A stretch of 55,976 nucleotides of DNA, from IMG/VR virus record IMGVR_UViG_3300043754_000130, positions 1 to 55,976 of that record. One strand, 5' to 3'. How positions within the stretch are numbered: position 1 is the stretch's first letter; each line of letters opens with the position of its first letter. The stretch is from a virus. Lineage: Duplodnaviria > Caudoviricetes. The position numbers and the translations under genes are program-made. Positions 17,963 to 27,335 of the stretch are shown here, in pieces. Under the pieces are notes generated by a model, which made no database searches, was not told the DNA's origin, and saw nothing but the letters and a program-made list of their open reading frames with translations.

Positions 17963-19579
17963 TTAGCCGTTCGCGATGTTGCCGAGGACGCCCATCGAGA
18001 AGGGGGCGTACACGGCCAGGGCTTCCTGCGAATACACGCCGTAGTAATCGGCGCGAGTCGTGCGGGTCCAGTCTTCGGTGTAGACGTCGCGGCGGGTGAG
18101 GATCTCAGCCACGGCCGGCGTCTCGTTGGAGACGTACCAGGGCGGCAGGCTCTCGGCCCAGCCGATGATCGTGCCCGGGGCCAGATCCGGGTGGATCTTG
18201 ACCGGGATCCGGGCGCCGCCGTCGGCGGTGTAGGGGTTGAAGTAGTAGGCGATCGTGCCGGCGGCGGTGAGCTTGTACTCGGCCACGCCCTGCTGATCGG
18301 CCTCGACCTGATAGCGCAGCAGCGGAGCCGCGCCGCCGCCGTTCAGCACCTTGGCGGTGATGTTCTTCAGCTCTTGCGAGTTGACGTACAGGACGGTCGG
18401 GCTGATGCGGTACTGGTCCCACATCGACTTGAACATGGCGTCGATCTCGTTGACGCCGCCGGCGCCCGACGAGGTCAGCGCCGTGCCGGTGCCGGCCGTG
18501 CCGGTGCCCAGCAGATTCACGTAGGCGTTGGTGCCCGCGTTGTTGAACGCGGTGGTCAGCAGGCCGTCGAACGCCACGCCGTTGTTGTTGGAGCGGTTCG
18601 CCGTGATCGCGGTGGCGGCTTGCTGGCCGGTAGCGAGCGGGGCCGAGAACTGCACCGAGTTGATCGTGGTGATCGCCTGCAACGTCTCGGAGCCGGCCGC
18701 GCCGACGTACCAGGCATAGGCCACAGCGCCGTTGACGGTCGGGGTCGAGGCGGTGAGCGCCTGGCCGGAGGTGATCCCCTGCGTGGCGTTGCTCGACTTG
18801 TTCGAGCTGCCGCCGTTCAGGGTGTACTGCTGGCCGTCGTTGCCGGTGATCTGCGTCTGCTGGACGACGCCGCCGGAGAGCGACGCGGCGCGATAGCCTT
18901 CCTGCGTCAGGGCCACGACGATGACCGAGTAGGTCGCCGCCGGCAGGGTGGAACCCGCAACCGTCGGCTGGCCGGTCGAGGGCGCGTTCGGAGTCGACAG
19001 CGACAGCGAGTTGTTGCCGCCCAGGATCGCCGCCTCTTCCTTCTGGAAGAACTTCAGCATCAGACGGAGCTGGACGAGCGCGTCCTCGTCCTCGAAACCC
19101 AGCGCCGCGTACTTGGCTTCGTCGGACAGCGAGTCTTCTTCGCCGAGCGTCGCGTACGGGATCGAGTTGTTCTGGACCGTGTAGCTCATCGAGGCCGCAC
19201 GGCGACGCTCGGGCACCCAGCCCATGGACGAGATGCCCGAGCCGGTGGTCGCGAGGACCGACTTCCAGTGGGCGGCGTCGCCCGGGTTGGGGCGCTGGCG
19301 GCGCGCAATGGCGTTGCGCAGCGGCGTCACGGTCGGGAACAGGTTCAACGCCGGCGCACGCAGGTCGTAGTAGGTCAGGCCCGTCGAGACGTTGACGTCC
19401 TTGGCCAGTTGGCCGCTCTCGTGGAGCGAGTTCGCAAAGGCGCCCTTGAACAGGTCGAGGACGTGCGCGGCCCGGTCGCGGGTCAGCGCATAGGCGTTGG
19501 CGGGGTCGGCGAACGAGGTGCCGTTCACCGCCTTGAGCATGCGGTCGATAACGACCTCACGCGGCAGAACGTGACGCAT
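17963..19579 (-). CDS. Major capsid protein
   Basis: 538 aa after protease/scaffold and before a terminator; GLTYYDLRAPALNLFPTVTPLRN start; EALAVYAPFSMGVLGNIANG end. Confidence 0.88.
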   Translation of the reverse strand: MRHVLPREVVIDRMLKAVNGTSFADPANAYALTRDRAAHVLDLFKGAFANSLHESGQLAKDVNVSTGLTYYDLRAPALNLFPTVTPLRNAIARRQRPNPGDAAHWKSVLATTGSGISSMGWVPERRRAASMSYTVQNNSIPYATLGEEDSLSDEAKYAALGFEDEDALVQLRLMLKFFQKEEAAILGGNNSLSLSTPNAPSTGQPTVAGSTLPAATYSVIVVALTQEGYRAASLSGGVVQQTQITGNDGQQYTLNGGSSNKSSNATQGITSGQALTASTPTVNGAVAYAWYVGAAGSETLQAITTINSVQFSAPLATGQQAATAITANRSNNNGVAFDGLLTTAFNNAGTNAYVNLLGTGTAGTGTALTSSGAGGVNEIDAMFKSMWDQYRISPTVLYVNSQELKNITAKVLNGGGAAPLLRYQVEADQQGVAEYKLTAAGTIAYYFNPYTADGGARIPVKIHPDLAPGTIIGWAESLPPWYVSNETPAVAEILTRRDVYTEDWTRTTRADYYGVYSQEALAVYAPFSMGVLGNIANG

Positions 19580-19661
19580 GGAGGAGTCTCCGATTTTCGG
19601 GGATTAGCGAGCCGTTGCCCAAGCGGCGCGTAGGGCGATCCGGCTCGCGGCCGGAAAGGTG

Positions 19662-21443
19662 TCAGCGGCCGGAGCCGCCCGGCGCGTAGGCGGCCTTGCT
19701 CAGCAGGAAGTTCGCCTTCTCCGGACCCGGCGGCAGAGCGTCGTACTGCTCCTTCCAGGTCTTCGCGGCGGCCGCGGCGCCCGTGCCGTGGTCAGTGACG
19801 GCGCCGTCCTTCTCGACGGCATACAGCACGCCCTTGGCCGGCATCGGCTGGCGCTCGAGCGCGTCGAGCCGCTTGGTCAGATCGGCGACCTGGGCGACGG
19901 CGGCGTCGCGGTCTTTGACCAGGCCCTCCACCACCGGGACGGAGTCGGCGATGACCTTGTTCAAGCGCTCGACCTCGCCGCTGGCCTTCTGCAGATCTCC
20001 GCTCGCGGCCTTGTCGCAGTTGCCGCTGTCGCACTTGGCCCCGAGCGAGGTCATGTGGTCGTGCGCGGCCTGGACGTGCTTCTGGTCGGCCTTGGAGTTT
20101 CGGGCGCCGCGCTTGGCGAGGTCTTCCGGCGACAGGGCCGAGAGCTCGGCCTTCTGGAGCTCTCCGACCTTCGCGGCGTGCTCCATGATCGCGTCGTTCT
20201 CAGCGCTGGCGATCAGGGCGATGGCGTCGCCGCCGTTGCGCTCGCAGGCCTCGGCGAACTCCTCGCACTCCTCCTCGATGTCGGCGATGAGGTGGGCGCG
20301 CATGGCGTTGAACACGTCCATGGCGCTCTGCGGCAGCTTGCTCTCGGAGTCCTGCTCGTAGGCCTCCTCCCAGATGGTGTCGGTGACGATGTCCGCCCAC
20401 GACGCCAGGGCTCGGGCGACCGAGCTGATGTTGTAGAAGCCCTTCTCCAGGGCGATCTCGCCGTGGCGCTTGACCAGCGCGAGCGAGGTGCGGAGCGCGT
20501 CGGCAGTGCCGCCGAGCAGCGCCATCTTCTCGACGGACGGCGGCCCCTTGGGGTCGATCTTGTCCTTCCAGGCCGTCTCGATCGCGGCCCGCACCTTGCC
20601 GACCTTGTCACCGAGCAGCTGGGCGTTCTTGGGCATACTCACGTACGACCAGGCGGCGCGGATGTGCGCCGGCGTGTCGATCGGATACTTGCCGTCTTCG
20701 GGATCGGCGTACTTCACGTCGCCGTAGGGCTTGGGCGCCGCGGCGGCCTTGGCCAGGGCGTCCGCCAGACGCTGCTCGGCGGTCTGCTCGACCACCTCCG
20801 TGCCGCCGTCCGGCGCTTCGGCGTGGCGCTTGATCAGCTCGGCCCGCGCCTTGACGACGTGGTCCTTCCAGGAGTCCGGCTTGCCCGCGGCCTTGGCCAT
20901 CTCGCGGGCCTCGGCCTTCACCTCGTCGTTGGTCGGCTCATAGAGTTTGGCGAGGGCTTCGAACTCTCGGTCCTCGACGATGCCGTCGGCCTTGATGAAT
21001 TGGAAGGTCGCGGACGGGATGCACGGCTTGTCGACCAACGACATCTCGGTCGGGATCGCCTCGTAGCGTCGATGGCCCTTGAGCATAGGATCGGCCCAGG
21101 TCTGCCCATAAGCGCCACCAGGGCTGAAGCCGGTGTATGTGCCCGTGGCGACCTTGGTCCATTCCGCCTCATCGGTGACCTTCGCCCAGAAGCTGATCCG
21201 CTTGGCCTCGTCGTCGTATTCCAGCGGCTCAGGAATGACGCCGGCGGCGACCTTGGCGTGCATGGCGCGGATGTTGCCGTAGCTCTTGCCGTCAGACGCT
21301 TCGGCCTGCGCCTTCGACCACGCCTCGAACCGCGGCTTGGACTTGGCGTAGTCCATGACCTCGCGCGCGTGGTCAGGGGTCTCGTCGACCCAGCCGTAGA
21401 CCAAACGCTGGGCCTCATCGACCTTGCGGAGTTGGATGAACAT
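19662..21443 (-). CDS. Prohead protease (XkdF-like)/scaffold fusion with a DUF6582-like insert
   Basis: KVDEAQRLVYG, IRAMH, YTGFSPGG, EMSLVDKPC; central PYGDVKYADP..KYPIDT..HIRAAWSY; coiled-coil C-terminus. Confidence 0.85.
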   Translation of the reverse strand: MFIQLRKVDEAQRLVYGWVDETPDHAREVMDYAKSKPRFEAWSKAQAEASDGKSYGNIRAMHAKVAAGVIPEPLEYDDEAKRISFWAKVTDEAEWTKVATGTYTGFSPGGAYGQTWADPMLKGHRRYEAIPTEMSLVDKPCIPSATFQFIKADGIVEDREFEALAKLYEPTNDEVKAEAREMAKAAGKPDSWKDHVVKARAELIKRHAEAPDGGTEVVEQTAEQRLADALAKAAAAPKPYGDVKYADPEDGKYPIDTPAHIRAAWSYVSMPKNAQLLGDKVGKVRAAIETAWKDKIDPKGPPSVEKMALLGGTADALRTSLALVKRHGEIALEKGFYNISSVARALASWADIVTDTIWEEAYEQDSESKLPQSAMDVFNAMRAHLIADIEEECEEFAEACERNGGDAIALIASAENDAIMEHAAKVGELQKAELSALSPEDLAKRGARNSKADQKHVQAAHDHMTSLGAKCDSGNCDKAASGDLQKASGEVERLNKVIADSVPVVEGLVKDRDAAVAQVADLTKRLDALERQPMPAKGVLYAVEKDGAVTDHGTGAAAAAKTWKEQYDALPPGPEKANFLLSKAAYAPGGSGR

Positions 21444-21496
21444 AGAGAGGGGCTCCTCGCCGGGCGGCGGAATGCAGGCTGTTTGCTGATGAGGGG

Positions 21497-21832
21497 TCAG
21501 GCCGCTTTCGCGACCTCGGCGGATTCATCTGCCGCCCAGTAGTGAACACACAGCGGGTCGCTGCCCGCGACATAGGACCGGCACACCTGCGGGCGATCCT
21601 CGTAGGCACCACACCGGCCGTCAGTCTGCAGCTGGGTGCAGGAGAAGAACCATTCGCCGCTGGCCATCTGCGCGGCAGGGATGAACGGGGCGCCGTTCTC
21701 AAGGACGAGATGCTCAGCATCTTCGCGCGACATCGGCTCGCCCAACCGATGGCCCTTGCGCGCGCCTCCGCCGCTGAGCGTCATCATCTTGCAGCACGCG
21801 CCCGGCGATAGGCACACGTCGCAGAGACTCAC
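21497..21832 (-). CDS. YkgJ-family CxxCxxCC cysteine-cluster protein
   Basis: CDVCLSPGACC and CTQLQTDGRCGAYEDRPQVCRSY motifs. Confidence 0.8.
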   Translation of the reverse strand: MSLCDVCLSPGACCKMMTLSGGGARKGHRLGEPMSREDAEHLVLENGAPFIPAAQMASGEWFFSCTQLQTDGRCGAYEDRPQVCRSYVAGSDPLCVHYWAADESAEVAKAA

Positions 21833-21834
21833 GA

Positions 21835-22146
21835 TCAGACCGCGGCGCCGGTGCAGGGGTTGCGCCAGGCGAGGCCATCCCAGAGGACCGCGTAGCCGAG
21901 CGTGGTGTCGAGGTAGGTGTAGCCCTTCGGCAGGATCAGGCCGTTCGGCAGCTTCGTCGGCCGCGCCGTGGTCACGCCGGACGCCTGGGGCGTGCTGAGT
22001 TGCAGCCAGCCGCTGGCCAGCATGTGGCCGGCGTCGAAGTCCGGCACGTCGATGAATGAGCCGGTCGCCGCGGTGTAGGTCCGGCCGTGCACCTTGATGG
22101 TGCCTTGGTTGCCGCTCGCCGGCGGGAGAAGGCGCAGGGTGGCCAT
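21835..22146 (-). CDS. Small head-module protein
   Basis: GAGGA RBS; SGVTTARP..GYTYLDTTLG..WDG..W pattern seen in phage structural proteins. Confidence 0.75.
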   Translation of the reverse strand: MATLRLLPPASGNQGTIKVHGRTYTAATGSFIDVPDFDAGHMLASGWLQLSTPQASGVTTARPTKLPNGLILPKGYTYLDTTLGYAVLWDGLAWRNPCTGAAV

Positions 22147-22156
22147 GGGGTCCTCG

Positions 22157-24379
22157 TCAGTCTTTGGGGGCGGCCTTGCGGCGAGCCCAGGTCACGCAGC
22201 GGCAGCGAACATGCGCGGGCGAGTTGGTGTCGCCGGACGGAAAGGGCCTGCCGAAGTTGACCGGGCTGGCCTCGGCGTTGGTCTCGCAGGCGTCGCAGCA
22301 GCCGAGGTTCGAGGTCTGCCAGAAGACCTCCAGGTCGAGCCCGGTGCTCGCCGCGACGTTCCAGCCGGCCTGCTTGCCGCCCTCGTTCGCCATGGTGATT
22401 TCGGTCTGGGCGATCAGCTCAGCCCGATCCGCCGAGAACGCCGTCGACTCCTGGATGGCGTCAGCGATGGCGTCGCCGCCGATGTTGTCCTCAAGCCCCT
22501 TCACGATCACGTCGCGGATCATGTTGCGGGTGGTCTCGACGATGTTCTTGTCACCGTCGACGCTGACGAGTTCGGCCGCGCGCTTCTTGGCGTAGTCGAC
22601 GGCCGCCTGGTTCACCTGATTGACCAGAGCGTCCGTGGGCTCGACGTCGACCGAGGTCAGGGCGAGCTGGCCGCTATCGGAGGCGACGTCGAACAGGTCT
22701 TCGTATGTGGCGTCGAGGATGTCCTGCAGCGTCGACAGGTTGACCTGGTCGGCCAGCTTACGGGCGAAGTCGCCGTCGTCGGCTGCCTTGCCGAGCCGTC
22801 CGCGCAGCCGAGGCGCGAGCATCGCGGCGACGTGGTCGCCCGTCTTCTGCAGGATCGGCTCGAGCTTCTTCTGCATCGACGCGGCCGCACGCCTGGCCTT
22901 GGGTCGGTCAGCCTCGATCAGCTTGGCGGCCTTCGCCAGTTTCTCGGCCGGTGGCGTCTTGTCGGTCGTCTTGCCGCCCTTCGCGGGCTTGGGCTCTCCC
23001 GGAGCCGGCTGTCCCGGCGCACCAGGCGCGTGCATGACCACAGGCGCCGGCGGCTCCGGCGGATCCAGCACGTCCTTCAGCGGCGTCGCGCCGGTCGCGG
23101 TGTAGATCAGCGGCGTCTTGCCCAGGCCGTTCGGCAGCGGGTCTTCGCCGTTGCGGTCGCGGACCTCGTCGATCCACAGCGAGCCGTTCTTCAGGCGTAT
23201 GTCCTGGATCTGCGTCGCCACGAGCGGATCGAACTCGCGGTCCTCACGCCACACGAACTCGAGGTCCGGGCGCTGGAAGTCTTCGGCGATCAGGCGGTCC
23301 ATGATCCGCTTGACGAACGCCATGTAGGTGGCGACGCCGCCCTCTTCGGCGACCTCCTGCTGGCTCTCCTGGTTGCCGCGGCTGACCTGCTTGATGAAGG
23401 GCTGCGGGCTGGTCGAGAACGCGAAGCAGACGATCCGCGCCAGCCACTCGTCGAACTCGTCCTTGAGTGGCGGCTGCTTGATCTGCTCGAACTTGGTCCC
23501 GTTCGGCACCCACCAGCCCTTGCGGCGCTGCTGGACGTTGCCGGCGAAGATCGAGTCCCAGTAGCCCTGCCAGGCCTTGATCTGGTCGACCTTCCACTCG
23601 GCCGGACCCGAGAACAGGCCGTCTCCGATGTTGCCCTCGGTGAAGTAGGACTTCTGGCCCTTCACCCGCTCGATGAACGTCTCGACGTAGTCGAGGATCT
23701 GCTCGACCGGCGGGTAGCCGTAGGGATTGTCGGCGCTGACGTTCTTTGGCCAGTAGATCAGCTCGTCGGTCGAATAGTCGACGGCCGGCACGCCCTTGAG
23801 GATCTGCTGGAAGGCCGGGTCCGGCGCCATCGGGCGACGACCGGAGCCGTCGATCAGCAGCCGGATCGTGGCGCCGTCCATCAGCTCAAACGCGTAGGGT
23901 CGGCCGCCGCGGTCGCGCCGACGATAGATCGTCAGCGCGTCGAGGACGAACACCTGCTCGAGCAGCGCGCGAAGCCATTGCGCCCAGTCGTGGATTTTGT
24001 CCGGGTAGCGGAGGAAGGCTTCGATGTCCTGGATGGCGGGGTCGTTCGCCGCCGCCGGGCGCTTGCCGACCACGACCTCGCGCGGCTTCACGTTCCAGTC
24101 GAAGCTTTCGAGCAGATCCTTCTGGCGCTCGATCACCGTGCGCAGGACACCGCAGCTCTTCGACAACTCCTTCAGCCGCGGAAATTTGACCTTCCGGTCT
24201 GCCCGCGGGAGGTAGTTGATGTTGTAGGAGACCGGGAAGTCGTACTGGCGGCCCTCTACCTGCTGCGCCTGGGGCGGCAGCGGCTGGCTCGGGCTCATCC
24301 AGGTGTCAGGCGTGACCCCGGAGAGGGTGTAGCGCACCGCCTGGACGGCGCGGCCTACGAAGCTGGTCTTGTCGGCCAT
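22157..24379 (-). CDS. Portal protein fused to a MuF-like (head morphogenesis) domain
   Basis: Portal region (ELMDGATI, YGYPPVEQ), Pro-rich linker, then RAELIAQTE..CDAC..N..FPSG..PAHVRCRC. Confidence 0.9.
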   Translation of the reverse strand: MADKTSFVGRAVQAVRYTLSGVTPDTWMSPSQPLPPQAQQVEGRQYDFPVSYNINYLPRADRKVKFPRLKELSKSCGVLRTVIERQKDLLESFDWNVKPREVVVGKRPAAANDPAIQDIEAFLRYPDKIHDWAQWLRALLEQVFVLDALTIYRRRDRGGRPYAFELMDGATIRLLIDGSGRRPMAPDPAFQQILKGVPAVDYSTDELIYWPKNVSADNPYGYPPVEQILDYVETFIERVKGQKSYFTEGNIGDGLFSGPAEWKVDQIKAWQGYWDSIFAGNVQQRRKGWWVPNGTKFEQIKQPPLKDEFDEWLARIVCFAFSTSPQPFIKQVSRGNQESQQEVAEEGGVATYMAFVKRIMDRLIAEDFQRPDLEFVWREDREFDPLVATQIQDIRLKNGSLWIDEVRDRNGEDPLPNGLGKTPLIYTATGATPLKDVLDPPEPPAPVVMHAPGAPGQPAPGEPKPAKGGKTTDKTPPAEKLAKAAKLIEADRPKARRAAASMQKKLEPILQKTGDHVAAMLAPRLRGRLGKAADDGDFARKLADQVNLSTLQDILDATYEDLFDVASDSGQLALTSVDVEPTDALVNQVNQAAVDYAKKRAAELVSVDGDKNIVETTRNMIRDVIVKGLEDNIGGDAIADAIQESTAFSADRAELIAQTEITMANEGGKQAGWNVAASTGLDLEVFWQTSNLGCCDACETNAEASPVNFGRPFPSGDTNSPAHVRCRCVTWARRKAAPKD

Positions 24380-24389
24380 GCCGTACCCT

Positions 24390-26006
24390 TCAGACGTGGG
24401 CGCAGCCGGCCCTCAGCAGCATGTCGACGTCGGCCTGGAGCACCGAGACCGTCCGGTCGGCGCCGACGGCGTAGGAGCGCCCATTGTTCAGGTTGAGGCT
24501 CGAGACATTGGGCGGAGCGCGGAGCGTGACCGTGAAGACCACCTCGGGCTCAGGCGCGGGCGCCTCGTTGGCGACCATCGCGGCCGGAATGGCGGGGCTC
24601 GGTGCAGCCACGCCGCCGGCGAGGTCGCGGTAGTAGTCGATCCAGCCCTGAGCGGTGTCTTCCAACATCAGCTCCGTCAGAGCCCAGACCAGAGCGTCGG
24701 CGCGGTCGGGAGAGCCTGAACCCTGGTAGCCGGCGGTCGTGAACATCCCGAGCTGTTCTTCGAGCTCGGCGAACTCGTTGACTGCGCCCTCGGTGGTGAC
24801 GTGGTGTACGCGGCCATCTCGTATCGGTCGGCCGTCGGCGTCGCGCACCGTCTCGTAGAGAGCGGCGATCGGCTCGGCGCGGACGTGCTTGCCGCGGCTG
24901 GCGGTGACCGCCTTGAAGTTCACCGACTCGTCGACGGTGCGGATGGTGTTCTCGACCATCGCGCCGCCGTAGTTGACCTCGGCAACGATCAGGTCGGCGC
25001 CGAACTCGTGGTAGGCGTCGACCGCACGCTTGGCCCATCCCTGCGGCGACAGGCGGCAGGAGCGATCGGCCAGCACGTAGGCGTGGCCGTCGACACCGAG
25101 GCCAACCACGATGATGCCTTGGCAGTCGCCGCCGGTTCCGTCCGAGCCTGAGGGGTCGACCGCGACGATGATGCGGGTCAGGAAATCCGGGCGCGGCCGC
25201 GGGCGCCGCAGCGCCTCGATGCCGTCCAGAGACCACAGCGCGCCCGGGATCTCGCTGAGGTACTCGCCCTCAAGGAACCGTTGGCGCTGCCGGGTCGGCA
25301 GGGCTGCGTAGATCGCGAGCGTCGCCTTCGGTAGGTGCGGGTTGTCGGCTGGGTTCAGCCTGACGTAGGCGTAGGCCTCCGGGTCATCGAGCGGCAGGCC
25401 GTTCTCCGGCCTCACCTTCTCGACGAACTCCTTGTGCGTCCAGTGTCCCCGGCCCACCGGGTTCAGGTCGTAGTAGGCCTTCAGGTTCAACGGTCGGCCG
25501 TCGACCTTCTGGCAGTTCTGCGCCAGGCGCGTCCGAAGCGTCAGGATCGTGTCGTACGCGACCTGCGACGACTCGTTGACGTAGACGGTCGCGTATTCCT
25601 TGCCGAGGATCTTGTCGACCCGCTCCTTGTCGTCCAGACCGCCGAACCAGATCTCAGCGTCGTTCGACAGGGTGACGTACTGATCAGACTTGTTCGTCGT
25701 GTACGGAACGCCCGGAAATGCCAGCCGCATCATCTTCGGCCAGGTGTCCATCATCACGGACTGGCGGACGTCGATGTTGTGGTGACGCGAGATCAGGTGC
25801 CGGCTCTCAGGCGCCATCAACGCCCGATTGGCGATGCACCAGCAGAACCCGAACGTCTTGCCTGAACGGCCGCCCCCGTACCCCAGGATGTGCGTGGCCG
25901 GCGAAGCCGCGGCGTCCCGAAGGAGCGCCTGCCTCTCGGTGAGGCTAAAGGTCCGCGTCGGGGCCAGAGCCGATGTTGACCGTGACGCCGCCGCTGACCT
26001 TCGCAT
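24390..26006 (-). CDS. terL: Terminase large subunit (start uncertain)
   Basis: Walker A GGGRSGKT, Walker B YVNE, LNP coupling motif, nuclease AVDPS and SPDRADAL. Confidence 0.93.
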   Translation of the reverse strand: MRRSAAASRSTSALAPTRTFSLTERQALLRDAAASPATHILGYGGGRSGKTFGFCWCIANRALMAPESRHLISRHHNIDVRQSVMMDTWPKMMRLAFPGVPYTTNKSDQYVTLSNDAEIWFGGLDDKERVDKILGKEYATVYVNESSQVAYDTILTLRTRLAQNCQKVDGRPLNLKAYYDLNPVGRGHWTHKEFVEKVRPENGLPLDDPEAYAYVRLNPADNPHLPKATLAIYAALPTRQRQRFLEGEYLSEIPGALWSLDGIEALRRPRPRPDFLTRIIVAVDPSGSDGTGGDCQGIIVVGLGVDGHAYVLADRSCRLSPQGWAKRAVDAYHEFGADLIVAEVNYGGAMVENTIRTVDESVNFKAVTASRGKHVRAEPIAALYETVRDADGRPIRDGRVHHVTTEGAVNEFAELEEQLGMFTTAGYQGSGSPDRADALVWALTELMLEDTAQGWIDYYRDLAGGVAAPSPAIPAAMVANEAPAPEPEVVFTVTLRAPPNVSSLNLNNGRSYAVGADRTVSVLQADVDMLLRAGCAHV

Positions 26007-26466
26007 TCACATTGTCCGTGAACATGCCCAGGTGACGGCCGATCTGGGTGAGCGCTCCGAGCTTGTCGTTGAGCTTGATCTTGTGGACGTGCTCGACCTC
26101 GCGACGATCCTCGCCGGGGACCTGCCGCACGACGACCTCGACGGACTGCACCGCCGCCGCCATGTCGTCGCTCATCTCCGAGGGGTTCTGTAGGCCGCCG
26201 TCGTCCGTGAAGATGCGCCGGATGTCGGAGAAGCCGATCTTCGCCAACTCCTCGAGCACCCGGTCCTGCGTGATTTCGGTGCGCGTGGAGCGGGCCTGTT
26301 GCGCCGCAGAGATGGCCTCGGTGACGTGAACTTTCGTTAACAACCGAGCAGCCTGCTCTTTGGCCGTCTTCGCACTGTATCCAGCTCGGATCGCGGCCTG
26401 CGCGCCGTTCAGGTCGACGAGGTATTCCTCGACGAAGCGCGCTTGCTTCGGGGTGAGCGCGCTCAT
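25945..26466 (-). CDS. terS: Terminase small subunit
   Basis: MSALTPKQARFVEEYLVDLNGAQAAIRAGYS..; GGAG RBS before ATG 26466. Confidence 0.93.
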   Translation of the reverse strand: MSALTPKQARFVEEYLVDLNGAQAAIRAGYSAKTAKEQAARLLTKVHVTEAISAAQQARSTRTEITQDRVLEELAKIGFSDIRRIFTDDGGLQNPSEMSDDMAAAVQSVEVVVRQVPGEDRREVEHVHKIKLNDKLGALTQIGRHLGMFTDNVNAKVSGGVTVNIGSGPDADL

Positions 26467-26575
26467 GCGAACTCCATGGGAAGGGATACCGACCGCGTCG
26501 GGCTGCTCGGCGTGATGCACGGGTGGGAGCGGAGCCGAGGGGCGGCCGGGATGGCGATGGGCGCACCGATGCGCG

Positions 26576-26638
26576 CCACGAAAAATGTGGCTTATATCGA
26601 CCCACAACCATTGTGGGCCACAAGCTTTGTGGTATTAT
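26576..26638 (+). promoter_or_regulatory. Promoter with three CCACAA-N3-TTGTGG operator-like palindromes
   Basis: CCACGAaaaATGTGG (26576), CCACAAccaTTGTGG (26602) and CCACAAgctTTGTGG (26618), the last abutting TGgTATTAT (extended -10). Confidence 0.7.
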
Positions 26639-26688
26639 CTCTTTGTCCCGAGGCGATCCCCGCCGACGGACGAACCAGGGAGAGAAGG

Positions 26689-26784
26689 ATGGATTTCCAC
26701 CTTCAACTTTCTGGCCCCCTCGCTCTCCGGCTGATGGCCCTGATCCTGGCAGGTCTGGCCGTCAGTCGGAGGCGGAGGCGCTAG
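26689..26784 (+). CDS. 31-aa hydrophobic peptide with poly-Arg tail (type I toxin-like)
   Basis: GGGAGAGAAGG before ATG; MDFHLQLSGPLALRLMALILAGLAVSRRRRR. Confidence 0.6.
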   Translation: MDFHLQLSGPLALRLMALILAGLAVSRRRRR

Positions 26785-26789
26785 ACGAA

Positions 26790-26815
26790 GGGGGGGAGCC
26801 GAAAGGCTCCTCCCC
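26790..26815. other. Strong GAAA-tetraloop hairpin
   Basis: GGGGGGGAGCC-GAAA-GGCTCCTCCCC between the peptide and XRE genes; no U-tract. Confidence 0.65.
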
Positions 26816-26849
26816 GGGCCTGGGGCAAATCTACCGTAGGAGGGTTGCC

Positions 26850-27236
26850 ATGTCGACAACGAGCCAGCTCACAGTCCACCAGCCGCTTACGGCAGAGGAG
26901 GTGCGGGCCTTCCGGCAATCATTGGGACTTACGCAGGTCCAATTCGCAGCAAAGCTCGACGTGTCCCGGAGGGCCATCGAGGTGTGGGAATCGGCGTCAC
27001 CGTCCAGGCCGCCGCACTACCTGCGCTTTGCATTTGCGGCGATCGTCGCGGGGCTGGAGCCATGGGCACCAGGCACCTCAGAGGCACCCAAGGAAATCAC
27101 CCCGGAACCCAAGCCCGCCAAGGCTCAGCGCGCCAAAAAGGCCGCGAAGGAAATCGCCCCGAAGCCAGAGATGAAACTGGAGCCCAAGGGTCGGCTCGTC
27201 GGCTTTACGCCGTCAGGCGAGCCGATCTACCGCTGA
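26850..27236 (+). CDS. XRE-family HTH regulator
   Basis: AGGAGG RBS; LTAEEVRAFRQSLGLTQVQFAAKLDVSRRAIEVWE. Confidence 0.85.
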   Translation: MSTTSQLTVHQPLTAEEVRAFRQSLGLTQVQFAAKLDVSRRAIEVWESASPSRPPHYLRFAFAAIVAGLEPWAPGTSEAPKEITPEPKPAKAQRAKKAAKEIAPKPEMKLEPKGRLVGFTPSGEPIYR

Positions 27237-27246
27237 CCCCGAATCG

Positions 27247-27278
27247 AAAAGCCCCGCGCCATCTCTGGCCGGGGCTTT
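27247..27278. terminator. Bidirectional intrinsic terminator
   Basis: AAAAGCCCCG..CGGGGCTTT between convergent genes. Confidence 0.7.
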
Positions 27279-27335
27279 GCGAACGCAACTCGTCACGTTC
27301 AATTTCGGAAAGACTCCGTGATTTTCGCGGGGCTG

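Noticed and set aside
589-25865. Long plus-strand ORFs (e.g. 589-1848, 6597-8303, 11157-13649, 18191-19633, 19659-21542, 22094-24496)
   Set aside because: Antisense shadows of GC3-biased minus-strand genes; no RBS or recognisable motifs.
17913-27263. 18-bp identity GAAAAGCCCCGCGCCATC at 17913 and 27246
   Set aside because: Both copies are arms of intrinsic terminators; similarity is explained without a mobile repeat.
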